The notes under the pieces were generated by a model. The model was not told where the DNA came from. It did not search any database and saw only the letters and a program-made list of their open reading frames with translations. Source: Somniosus microcephalus (taxonomy: Eukaryota). Taken from it: 64,000 bases of DNA. Position 1 is the stretch's first letter, and the number at the start of each line of letters is the position of its first letter. The stretch covers positions 44,144,001-44,208,000 of the forward strand of contig CM126215.1 of NCBI GenBank assembly GCA_052327205.1, written 5' to 3'. Positions 25,701-37,400 of the stretch are shown here, piece by piece. Made by a program: the position numbers and the translations under genes.

Positions 25701-28700
25701 ACCCCCAAGACATTGTCACACCCCCCAGACATTGCCAAGCCCCCCAGACACTACCCGACAACCCCAGACACGGCAGGACACCACCAGACAGCCCCAGACA
25801 CTGCCAGATATCTCCAGACACTGCCAGACAGTGCCCGGCACTGCCTGACACTGCCCGACACCCCCAAGCACTGCCTGACACCTCCAGACATTGCCCGACA
25901 CCCCCAGACATCCCCAGAAACTGCCTGACACCCCCAGAGACTGCCCGACACCCCCAGAGACTGCCCGACACCCCCAGACACTGCCGGACACCCCCAGGCA
26001 CTGCCCGACACCTCCAAGCACTGCCTGACACCTCCAGACACTGCCTGACACCACCAGACATTGCCCGACACCCCCAGACATCCCCAGAAACTGCCCGACA
26101 CACCCAGACACTGCCCGCCACCCCCAGACACTGCCCACCACCCCCAGACACTGCTGGACACCCCCAGACACTGCCCGACACCTCCAAGCACTGCCTGACA
26201 CCTCCAGACACTGCCTGACACCACCAGACATTGCCCGACACCCCCAGACATCCCCAGAAACTGCCCGACACACCCAGACACTGCCCGCCACCCCCAGACA
26301 CTGCCCACCACCCCCAGACACTGCCCGACACCCCCAACACTGCCCAGCACCCCCAACACCCCCCGACAGCCACAGACACCGCCAGACACCCACAGACACC
26401 GCCGGACACCCACAGACACTGCCAGGCACCCACAGACACTGCCAGGCACCCACAGACACGGCCCGACAACCCCAGGCATTGCCTGATACCCCAAGACACC
26501 GGCCGACACTCCAAGACACCGGCCGACGCCCCAAAACACCGTCCGACACCCCAAGACACCGGCCGACACCCCAAGACACCGCCCGACACGCCCAACACCC
26601 ACAGACACCGCCAGAGACCCAAAGACACCGCCAGAGACCCAAAGACACTGCCAGAGACCCACAGACACTGCCAGAGACCCACAGACACCGCCAGAGACCC
26701 ACAGATACCACCAGAGACCCACAGATACCGCCAGAGACCCAGACACCGCCAGAGAAGCACAGACACCGCCTGAGACCCACAGACACCGGCAGAGACCCAC
26801 AGACACCGCCCAACAGCCCGAGACACTGCCCGACAGCCCGAGACACTGCCTGACACCCCGAGACACTGCCCAACACCCCGAGACAACCCGACACCCCCAG
26901 AAACTGCCGGACAACCTCAGACACTGCCTGACACCCCCAGGCACTGGCTTACAACCCCAGACACTGCCTGACACCCCCAGAAACTGCCAGGCATACCCAG
27001 ACACTGCCAGGCACCCCCAGATATCCCCACACAATGCCTGACACGCCCAGACAGTGGTCGACACCCCACACACCGCCCAACACCCCCACACTCTGCACAA
27101 CACCCCCACACACCGCCCGACACCCCAACATACTCCCAGACACTGCCCGACACCCCCAGGCACTTCCTGAAACTCCCAGGCATGGCCTGACAAACCCAGA
27201 CACTCCCAGACTACCTAACACTCTCAGACACTGCCTGACAGCCCCAGACATCTCCAAACAACCCTAGTGGCCCCAAACACCCCCAGACACTGACATACAC
27301 CGCAGGACTCCACCAGACACTGCCCGACACCCCAAGACACTGCCCGACACCCCCAGGCACCCACGGACACCGCCAGCCACCCACGGACACCGCCAGCCAC
27401 CGCCGGATACTGCCAGACAGCCCCGGACACCACCAGACAGCCCTGGACACCGCCAGACAGCCCAGGACACTGCCAGACAGCCCAGGACACCGCCAGACTG
27501 CCCCGGACACCGCCAGACACCCACGGACACCGCCAGACACTGCCGGATACCGCCAGACAGCCCCAGACACCGCCAGACAGCCCTGGACACTGCCAGACAG
27601 CCCAGGACACCGCCAGACAGCCCAGGACACCGCCAGACTGCCCTGGCCACCGCCAGACAGCCCCGGACACCGTCAGACAGCCCCGGACACCGTCAGACAG
27701 CACCGGACACCACCAGACAGCACCGGACACCGCCAGACAGCACCGGACACCACCAGACAACCCCAGGCACTGCCGGACACCCCAAGGCACCGCCAGACGC
27801 CCACAGACACCGCCAGATGCCCACAAACAGCGCCAGATGCCCACAGACACCGCCAGATGCCCACAGACACTGCCAGATGCCCACAGACACCGCCAGATGC
27901 CCACAGGCGCCGCCAGATGCCCACAGACGCCGTCAGATGCCCACAGACGCCGCCAGACAACCCCAGACACTGCCTGACACCCCCAGACACTGCCTGACAC
28001 CCCCAGACACTGCCCGACACCCCCAGACACTGCCTGACACCCCCAGACACTGCCTGACACCCCCAGACACTGCCTGACACCCCAGACACTGCCTGACACC
28101 CCAAACACTGCCTGACACCCCCAGAAACACCCCCAGACACTGCCTGACAGCCCCAGACACTGCCTGACATCCCAGACACTTCCTGACACCCCAAGCACTG
28201 CCTGACACCCCAGAAACCCCGTGACACCCCCAGACACTGCCTGACACCCCAAACATTGCCTGACACCCCAAACATTGCCTGACACCCCCAGAAACCCCAA
28301 AACACCCCAGACACTGCCAGATAGCCTCAGGCTCTGCCAGACACCCCCAAGACATTGTCACACCCCCCAGACATTGCCAAGCCCCCCAGACACTACCCGA
28401 CAACCCCAGACACGGCAGGACACCACCAGACAGCCCCAGACACTGCCAGATATCTCCAGACACTGCCAGACAGTGCCCGGCACTGCCTGACACTGCCCGA
28501 CACCCCCAAGCACTGCCTGACACCTCCAGACATTGCCCGACACCCCCAGACATCCCCAGAAACTGCCTGACACCCCCAGAGACTGCCCGACACCCCCAGA
28601 GACTGCCCGACACCCCCAGACACTGCCGGACACCCCCAGACACTGCCCGACACCTCCAAGCACTGCCTGACACCTCCAGACACTGCCTGACACCACCAGA

Positions 28701-28960
28701 CATTGCCCGACACCCCCAGACATCCCCAGAAACTGCCCGACACACCCAGACACTGCCCGCCACCCCCAGACACTGCCCACCACCCCCAGACACTGCCCGA
28801 CACCCCCAGACACTGCCCGACACCTCCAAGCACTGCCTGACACCTCCAGACACTGTCTGACAAAACCAGACATTGCTCGACACCCCCAGACATGCCCAGA
28901 AACTGCCCAACACCCCCAGACATGGCCAGACACCTCCAGGCACTGCCAGACACCGCCAGA
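16723..28960. repeat. 10-bp-period satellite (CCAGACACTG/CCCGACACCC variants) with kb-scale higher-order duplications
   Basis: GACA core recurs every ~10 bp for 12.2 kb; rare marker GACTACCTAA at 19511, 22411, 24627 and 27209. Confidence 0.98.
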
Positions 28961-29360
28961 TGTAATGATATCAGCAAATAGAGATGGTATTTGCCTGTTC
29001 GATTATGATGCCTTAGCAGCATGATTGCAGGTATTGATTGCTTGTGCCTGACCAGCAGAGGTCATGTGACCGAGACAAGCAAGGCAGTGGAGTTTAGTTT
29101 CAGTTTCGTTCTAGATACATCACAGCATCATGTCTCCTGTAAAAGCTGTATAAAAGAGTTGAACAAAGCTTTAGATTAAAAGACATTCTCTTTCATAAAT
29201 GTCTCCTCATTGAACCCACAAAGAAATCAATGCATGGTGTCAGAAGTGACTGAAAGAGATGAAGAGAAAAGATCTGAAGTTACATCAGCTCTCCACAAAT
29301 TAGCAAGCCAAAAGAGAACATCGTTGCTTACCATTAGAGAATAGCTAACGAAGTGAAAAA

Positions 29361-32300
29361 ATGGAAGGTTTACACCCACCAGCGACGCTTCAGTTTACAG
29401 GTAATGTGGCTGAAAATTGGAGGAGATTCAAACAACGTGTGGGGTTGTATTTATCAGCAATCGGAGCTGACGAGAAAAGTAATAAAAGGAAATCGTCACT
29501 GTTCTTACATGTCGTGGGTGATGAAGCGCTGCAGGTGTATAATAACTTCACATTCGCTGTTGATGGAGACAAAATGAAGCTAGATAAAATAATGGAACAG
29601 TTTGAGGCCTACTGCATACCTAAACGTAACGTGACGTTTGAGAGGCACAGATTTTTCACATGTGTACAGAAAACGGGTGAGACTATTGATCAGTATGTGA
29701 CTGAACTGAGAAACCGAAGCAAAACATGTGAATTTGGGGGACTGACAGACTCACTGATAAAAGACAGACTGGTGTGTGGTATTCCAGATAATGGTCTAAG
29801 GGAAAGACTGCTAAGAGAGCAAGATCTAGACCTGGGAAAAGCCATAGCACTGTGTAGGGCTACAGAGACTGTGAAGTTGCAGGCAAAGGAGCTGTTCAGT
29901 GACAAAAGCTGCAACGTGGATGCAGTGAGAAAGAACGGATACAAACTGTTTAACAAAAAGAGCGCCAATGTGAAAAAAGAGGCGTGGCCAGCGAACGAAA
30001 ATGAAAGGGACAATCGAAAGACATGTAGTCGATGCGGTACACAGCATCCACCAAGAAAGTGTCCAGCATATGGTAAAACATGCAATAGTTGCAACAAGAA
30101 TAACCATTATGTCCGTTGCTGTAAGAACCAAATGCAACAAAGCAAGGTCCATGCAGTAGATGAAAGCGACATAGAGGAGTTCTATGTAGATGTTGTGTCT
30201 GAAAACAAAAAAGAAGAAAGAGACTGGATGTTGACACTAAAAGTGAATGACATACACATTCCATTTAAATTGGATACTGGAGCACAAGTTAATGTGATAT
30301 CAGAGACTGATTTTAAGAAAATTAGACCCAGACCAAAGATACATGGAATCAATGTGAAAGTGACAGGATACTCAGGTACTGATATACCAGTGAAAGGAAG
30401 ATGCATTGTCAAAGTAACACACAAGGACAGAGAGCACACGCTAGCATTAATCATGGTGCCAAAGGATGTGCAAGCCATACTAGGTTTAAAAGCCTGTGAG
30501 AGACTGAACCTGGTAAAGAGAGTCCTCGTTGTGGAAAGCGAAAGAGAGACAGTCTATGATGAACTCATGAAAGAGTACAATGACCTATTTAAGGGTCTAG
30601 GCTGCATTCCAGGAAAACACACGATCAGAGTAGATAAAAGTATGACACCGGTCATACATCCATGCAGAAAAGTTCCGTTTGCTCTTCAAAAGCAACTGAA
30701 GGCAGAGTTGGACAGGATGGAAAGCCTGAACGTGATTCAGAAGATAGATGAGCCAACTGAGTGGGTGAGTTCCCTCGTCGTAGTGGACAAAAAGAATGGA
30801 AAGCTCAGAATTTGCCTGGATCCAAGAGATCTAAACAGAGCAATAAAGAGAGAGCACTTCAAGCTTCCTACACGTGAGGAAATCATGGCACAGTTTGCAA
30901 ATGCAAAATATTTCAGCAAGTTAGATGCATCATCAGGATTTTGGCAGATGAAGCTGGACGAAGCAAGTTCAAGACTGTGCACGTTCAACAGTCCATTTGG
31001 CAGATACAGATTCCTAAGGTTACCATTTGGCATTGCCTCAGCTCCTGAAGTGTATCACAAGACTATCCATATGATCTATGAGCACCTGGAGGGAGTTGAT
31101 ACATCAATGGATGACATCATAGTATGGGGAACCACGAGAACTGAGCATGACGAGAGACTGAAAAAAGTGCTGGAAGGAACAAGGAAAACAAACCTGAAGC
31201 TGAATAGAGAGAAATGCCAGCTCGGGGTGACAGAACTGACATTTGTGGGAGATATCCTTAGCAGTGAGTGCATCAGACCAGATCCCAGAAAGGTGTCCGC
31301 CATTGAGAATATGCCAAAGCCACAATGCAAAAAGGACGTGCAGAGGTTTAATGGAATGATCAACTACATGGGGAAATTCATATCCAACCTCTCAGAAAAG
31401 ATGGCGCCACTGAGAAGACTAACTGAAAAGAACATAGAATGGGAATGGAATCATGAGCATGAGAAGTCATGGAGCGATCTAAAGAAACTGCTCACAGGGG
31501 AACCAGTTCTGAGGTTTTATGACCCAGCGAGACCCATCAAGATATCATCAGATGCATCACAGAGTGGGCTCGGTGCCGTTCTTCTGCAACAATATGACTA
31601 CTGGCAACCTATTGCATATGCATCGCGCTCAATGACAGACGCGGAGACACGATATGCTCAAATAGAAAAGGAGCTGCTCAGCATTACATACGCCTGTGAA
31701 AGATTTCACCAGTTTGTGGCAGGACAAGCAATCAGTGTAGAGACTGACCATAAGCCCTTGATTGCATTGTTCCAAAAGCCACTAAATAGCTGTCCGCTTA
31801 GAATACAAAGAATGATGATCAGGCTGCAACGCTATACACTGAATGTTGCGTACACACCGGGTAAGCTGATGTATACAGCAGACACGTTGTCCAGAGCTGT
31901 AGACCCAAGTGAGCCCGCAAACACCGCAATGGATGACAAAGTGAATGCCTACGTGGACATGATCACAAGTGCACTGCCCATAGCAGATGCAAAAATGGAG
32001 CTCATAAAGACTGAGACAAACAAAGATGAAACAATGAGACGACTGAGAAAAAGCATCTTGGATGGATGGCCCAACATGAAGCAAGACTGCTCACCTGATA
32101 TAGCAGAGTACTGGAACTGCAGGGAGGAACTATCAGTGGTCGAAGACATCATCTACAAAGGAAGTAAAATAGTTATCCCAAAGAGTCTGAGAAGAGAGAT
32201 GCTAAAAAAGATCCATGGAGGACATCTGGGAATCGAAAAGTGTAAGAAAAGAGCACGAGAGGTGATGTACTGGCCACGAATCAACCAAGATGTGACAAAT

Positions 32301-33254
32301 GAGGTGTCAAACTGCACAATATGGCTGAAATATCGAGCAAGCAATCCGGTAGAACCACTAAAGCCACACCCAGCACCAGACAGACCTTACCAGAAGGTAG
32401 GCGCTGGCCTATTCGTATGTCAAGGGAAGGACTATCTTGTAGTCACAGACTATTACTCCCTGTATCCAGAGGTTTGTAGACTGCACACCACCACTGCAGA
32501 TGCTGTGATAACATGTATGAAAGCCATATTCTCCAGACATGGCATGGCAAGCGAGGTCTTCACAGACAATGGACCTCAGTTTTACAATGCAAGTTTCTGA
32601 CACTTTGCCAAAGAGTAGGACTTTGTCCACACAATGTCAAGTCCTCACTTTCCACAGTCCAATGGACTAGTGGAAAAATTGGTCCAGACAGTGAAAAGAC
32701 TGATGTACAAGGCAAAAGACAGTGGAACTGACTTCTACCAGAGCATGCTTGTATACCGCACAACGCCGCTCGAGTGTGGTATGTCACCAGCCCAACTCCT
32801 GATGGGACGTCGGCTAAGGTCAAACCTACCCATCCCGGAGAACCTCCTGAAAACAAAAGAGGGGGAGAAAGTGAGGAAGTTCAAAGAACAACAGAAAGAA
32901 AAGCAAAAGTACTACTATGACAGAGGAACACAAAACCTACCTGAACTCCACACTGGTGACCAAGTAAGGTTGAAAGACAAAACAAACACATGGACTCAGA
33001 AGGGAACTGTCCTGAGTGAAGTTCAACCAAGATCATACACCATTCAGACAGATGAGTGTGCTGTTCTGAGAAGTAATCGTCGAGATCGTCTCATGGGACC
33101 AGCCACAGCAGGTCAAGAGACTGATACTGTTGAACAACCTGATCACACAGCTGAGAACACATCATCTGAGGCAACAACTCAGATTCAAGGAGAATCAATC
33201 AGAAAATCCTCAAGACACGTGAAGCCTCCTGAGAGACTCACTGAGCAAATTTAA
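29361..33254 (+). pseudogene. gag-pol of Gypsy A, two in-frame stops in the integrase
   Basis: Two CCHC knuckles, protease FKLDTGA, RT LPFG/SMDD, RNaseH DAS/TDHKPL; TGA at 32598-32600 and TAG at 32616-32618 in the same frame as 32634-33254; integrase VGADLF appears as VGAGLF. Confidence 0.93.
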
Positions 33255-33690
33255 GGACTATTGTTATAGAAGGAAGTAATGTTATCTTATTCTTTCTTCA
33301 AGTTCTAGTGTATTGACATATTTCATGTGAACACACAAAGCAAGGTTAAAAAACCTTGATCATGATAATGATAATGTAAGTTCATTAAGTGTTACAGTTA
33401 AAATGCAGATTAATACAAAGAAAACATGTTGTTAGTTAAAAGTAAAATACTTTTCTTTTAAGAAAAGGAGATGTAATGATATCAGCAAATAGAGATGGTA
33501 TTTGCCTGTTTGATTATGATGCCTTATCAGCATGTTTGCAGGTATTGATTACTTATGCCTGACCAGCAGAGGTCATGTGAAAGACAAGCAGTTTGAGTTT
33601 AGTTTCAGTTTTGTTCTAGATGCATCACAAGCATCGTGTCTCCTGTAAAGCTGTATAAAGAGTTGAACAGACTTTAGATTAAAAGACTTT

Positions 33691-34402
33691 GGGCTAGATT
33701 TTCAGTTGCTTGCGCCAGCAGTTAGCGCCTTAAGAGAAGTGATTTTTGGGCGCTATTCGTGTAGCGCCCGGGCGCAGCGCAGTTTGCGCCCCGCCCCAAA
33801 TTAAGTTGGCCGTTAGCGCCGGCGCAAAGTTTAGCGGCCGCCCGGATGCGCGCGCAGAAAATGGTGTCACATCCTCGTGCAACGCCCTTTGGCCGCCCCG
33901 ATTCCAAACTTCAATCGGACCGCCCCATTGTGCGGCTGGCGTCCAGAGCGTTTGTAAAATGGAACGCAACACACCCTGGGGAGCGCAAATTAAAGGGCAC
34001 TCCTCCTGCACTATAAACGGCAGTCTGCATGTGTTGTGTGGAAGGATCCAGTGTGTTGTTGTGAACGGTGTATTTATGTTTCCGGCCACCACCACCACCA
34101 CCACCTCCTCCTCCTCCTCCTCCTCCTCCTCCTCCTCAAAAAACACATGCACCCTTCCCCTTTAAGAGCTCACTGGCACCAGAGTGTCTGCCGTGCGCTG
34201 CGCCCGAGCTCGGGCGCTGCGCTCTGCACCGCCGGCTTAGCGCCTAAAGATAGTAGTGGAACGCCTCTTTTAGCGCTCCACCAACCTCTTAGGGCGAAGC
34301 CACTGAATTTCCGGCAACGGGGCGCTACTTTGGGGCGGGCACTAACTTCGGGCGGGCGCTAACGTTAGCGCCCCAAAACTGTCTATACTGAAAATCTAGC
34401 CC
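33691..34402. mobile_element. MITE (PIF/Harbinger-like) inserted in the 3' LTR of Gypsy A
   Basis: Perfect 16-bp TIRs GGGCTAGATTTTCAGT/ACTGAAAATCTAGCCC; the empty site GAC-ATT-CTC in the 5' LTR implies a 3-bp TSD (TTT/ATT); internal (CCA)n(CCT)n tract. Confidence 0.88.
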
Positions 34403-34452
34403 ATTCTCTTTCATAAATGTCTCGTCATTGAACCCACAAAGAAATCAATACA

Positions 34453-37400
34453 AATAGTGTCCCCAAGAGTTTCCTTGGGACTAAGTGCGATTACTGTCCC
34501 CGAGAGGTTCCTTGGGAGTAAGCGTGACTAGTGTCCTGGAGAGGTTCCTTGGGAGTAAGCATGAATAGTGTCCCCGAGAGCTTCCTTGGGAGTAAGCATG
34601 AATAGTGTCCCCGAGAGCTTCCTTGGGAGTAAGCATGAATAGTGTCCACGAGAGATTCCTTGGGAGTAAGCATGAATAGTGTCCACGAGAGATTTCTTGG
34701 GAGTAAGCCTGAATAGTGTCACCGAGAGGTTCCTTGCGAGTAAGTGTGAACAGTGTCCCCGAGAGTTTCCTTGGGAGTAAGAGTGAATAGTGTCCCTGAG
34801 AGTTTCCTTGGGAGTAAGTGTGATTACTGTCCCCGAGAGGTTCCTTGGCGGTAAGCGTGACTAGTGTTCTGTAGAGGTTCCTTGGGAGTAAGCGATAATA
34901 GTGTCCCCCGAGAGGTTCCTTGGGAGTAAGCCTTAATAGTGTCGCCAAGAGGTTCCTTGGGAGTAAGCGTGAATAGTGTCCCCGAGAGATTCCTTGGGAG
35001 TAAGCATGAATAGTGTCCCTTAGACGTTCCTTGGGAGTAAGCGTGAAAAGTGTGGCCGAGAGATTCCTTGGGAGTAAGCGTGAATAGTGACCCCGAGAGG
35101 TTCCTTGGGAGTAAGTGTGAACAGTGTCCCCGAGAGGTTCCTTGGGAGAAAGTGTGAATAGTTCCCCCGAGAATTTCCTTGGGAGTAAGCGTGAACAGTG
35201 TCCCCGAGAGGTTCCTTCGGATTAAGTGTGAATAGTGTCCCCGAGAGGGTCCTTGGGATTAAGTGTGAATAGTATCGCCGAGAAGTACCTTGGGAGTAAG
35301 CGGCAATAGTGACCCCGAGAGGTTCCTTTGGAGTAAGTGTGAATAGTGTCCCCGAGAGGTTCCTTGGGTGTAAGTGTGAGTAGTGTCCCCGAGAGCTTCC
35401 TTGGGAGTAAGTGAGAATAGTGTCCCCGAGAGGTTCGTTGGGAGTAAGCGTGAATAGTGTCCCCGAGAGGTTCCTTGGGAGTAAGCGTGAATAGTGTCCT
35501 CGAGAGATTCATTGGGAGTAAGCATGAATAGTGTCCCCGAGAGGTTCCTTGGGATTAAGTGTGAGTAGTGTCCCCGAGAGGTTCCTTGGGAGTAAGCGTG
35601 AATAGTGTCGCCGAGAGGTTCCTTGGGAGTAAGCGTCAATAGTGTCGCTGAGAGGTTCCTTGGGCGTAAGCGTGAAATGTGTCGCCGAGAGGTTCCTTGG
35701 GAGTAAGCGTGAATAGTGTCCCCTAGACGTTCCTTGGGAGTAAGCGTGAAATGTGTCGCCGAGAGGTTCCTTGGGAACAAGCATGAATAGTGTCACCGAG
35801 AGGTTCCTTGGGAGTAAGTGGGAATAGTGTCCACAAGAGGTTCCTTGGGAGAAAGTGTGAATAGTGTCCCCTAGACGCTCCTTGGGAGTAAGCGTGAAAA
35901 GTGTGGCCAAGAGGTCCCTTGGGAGTAAGCGTGAATAGTGACCCCGAGAGGTTCCTTGGGAGTAAGTGTGAATAGTGTCCTCGAGAGGTTCCTTGGGAGA
36001 AAGTGTGAATAGTTCCCCCGAGAATTTCCTTGGGAGTAAGCATGAACAGTGTCCCCGAGAGGTTCCTTCGGATTAAGTGTGAATAGTGTCCCCGAGAGGG
36101 TCCTTGGGATTAAGTGTGAATCGTGTCATCAAGAAGTTCCTTGGGAGTAAGTGGCAATAGTGACCCAAGAGGTTTCTTGGGAGTAAGTGTGAATAGTGTC
36201 CCCGAGAGGTTCCTTGGGAGTAAGCATGAATAGTGTCCCCGAGAGCTTCCTTGGGAGTAAGCATGAATAGTGTCCATGAGAGATTCCTTTGGAGTAAGCC
36301 TGAATAGTGTCCCCGAGAGATTCCTTCAGAGTAAGTGTGAATAGTGTCCCCGAGAGGTTCCTTGGGTGTAAGTGTGAGTAGTGCCCCGAGAGCTTCCTTG
36401 GGAGTAAGTGTGAATAGTGTCCCCGAGAGTTTCGTTGGGAGTAAGCGTGAATAGTGTCCCCGAGATGTTCCTTGGGAGTAAGTGTGAATAGTGTCCTCGA
36501 GAGATTCATTGGGAGTAAGCATGAACAGTGTCCCCGAGAGGTTCCTTGGGATTAAGTGGGAGTAGTGTCCCCGAGAGTTTCCTTGGGAGGAAGTGTGAAT
36601 AGTGTCCTCGAGAGATTCATTGGGAGTAAGCGTGAATAGTGTCGCCGAGAGTTTCCTTGGGATTAAGCATGAATAGTGTCCCCGAGAGGCTGCTTGGGAG
36701 TAAGCGGCAACAGTGCCCCCTAGACGTTCCTTGGGAGTAAGCGGCAACAGTGTCCCCTAGAGGTTCATTGGGAGAAAGCGTGAATAGTGTCGCTGAGAGG
36801 TTCAATGGGAGAAAGTGTGAATAGTGCCCCCGAGAGTTTCCTTGGGAGTAAGCGTGAATAGTGTCCCCTAGATGTTCCTTGGGAGTAAGCGTGAAATGTG
36901 TCACCGAGAGGTTCCTTGGGAGTGCGCATGAATAGTGACCCCGAGGGTTTCATTGGGAGTAAGTGGGAATAGTGTCGCCGAGAGGTTCCTTGGGAGAAAG
37001 TGTGAATAGTGTGCCCGAGAGGTTCCTTGGGAGTAAGTGTGAATAGTGTCCCCGAGAGGTTCCTTGGGAGTAAGTGTGAATAGTGACCCCGAGAAGTTCC
37101 TTGGGATTAAGTGTGTATAGTTTTGCCGAGAAGTTCCTTGGGAGTAAGCGGCAATAGTGACCCCGAGAGGTTCCTTGGGAGTAAGCGTTAATAGTGTCCC
37201 CGAGAGGTTCCTTGGGAGTAAGCGTGAATAGAGTCCCTGAGAGGTTCCTTGGGAGTAAGCATTAATAGTGTCCCAGAGAGTTTCCTTGGGAGTAAGTGTG
37301 AATAGTGTCCACGATAGGTTCCTTCGGAGTAAGTGTGAATAGTGTCCGCAAGAGTTTCCTTGGGAGTAAGCGTGAATAGTGACCTCGAGACGTTCCTTAG

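Larger units (their letters stand above)
28961..34452 (+). mobile_element. Ty3/Gypsy LTR retrotransposon A (Mag/K02A2.6-like), tRNA-Leu PBS
   Basis: 5' LTR 28961-29234, PBS TGGTGTCAGAAGTG at 29235, PPT AAGAAAAGGAGA at 33460-33471, 3' LTR 33472-34452 (contains a MITE); domain order gag-PR-RT-RH-IN. Confidence 0.95.

Noticed and set aside
16457-29022. Cys/Gly/Val-rich (keratin-associated-like) and Pro/Thr-rich (mucin-like) ORFs
   Set aside because: A 10-bp period is not codon-compatible; these are satellite translation artefacts.
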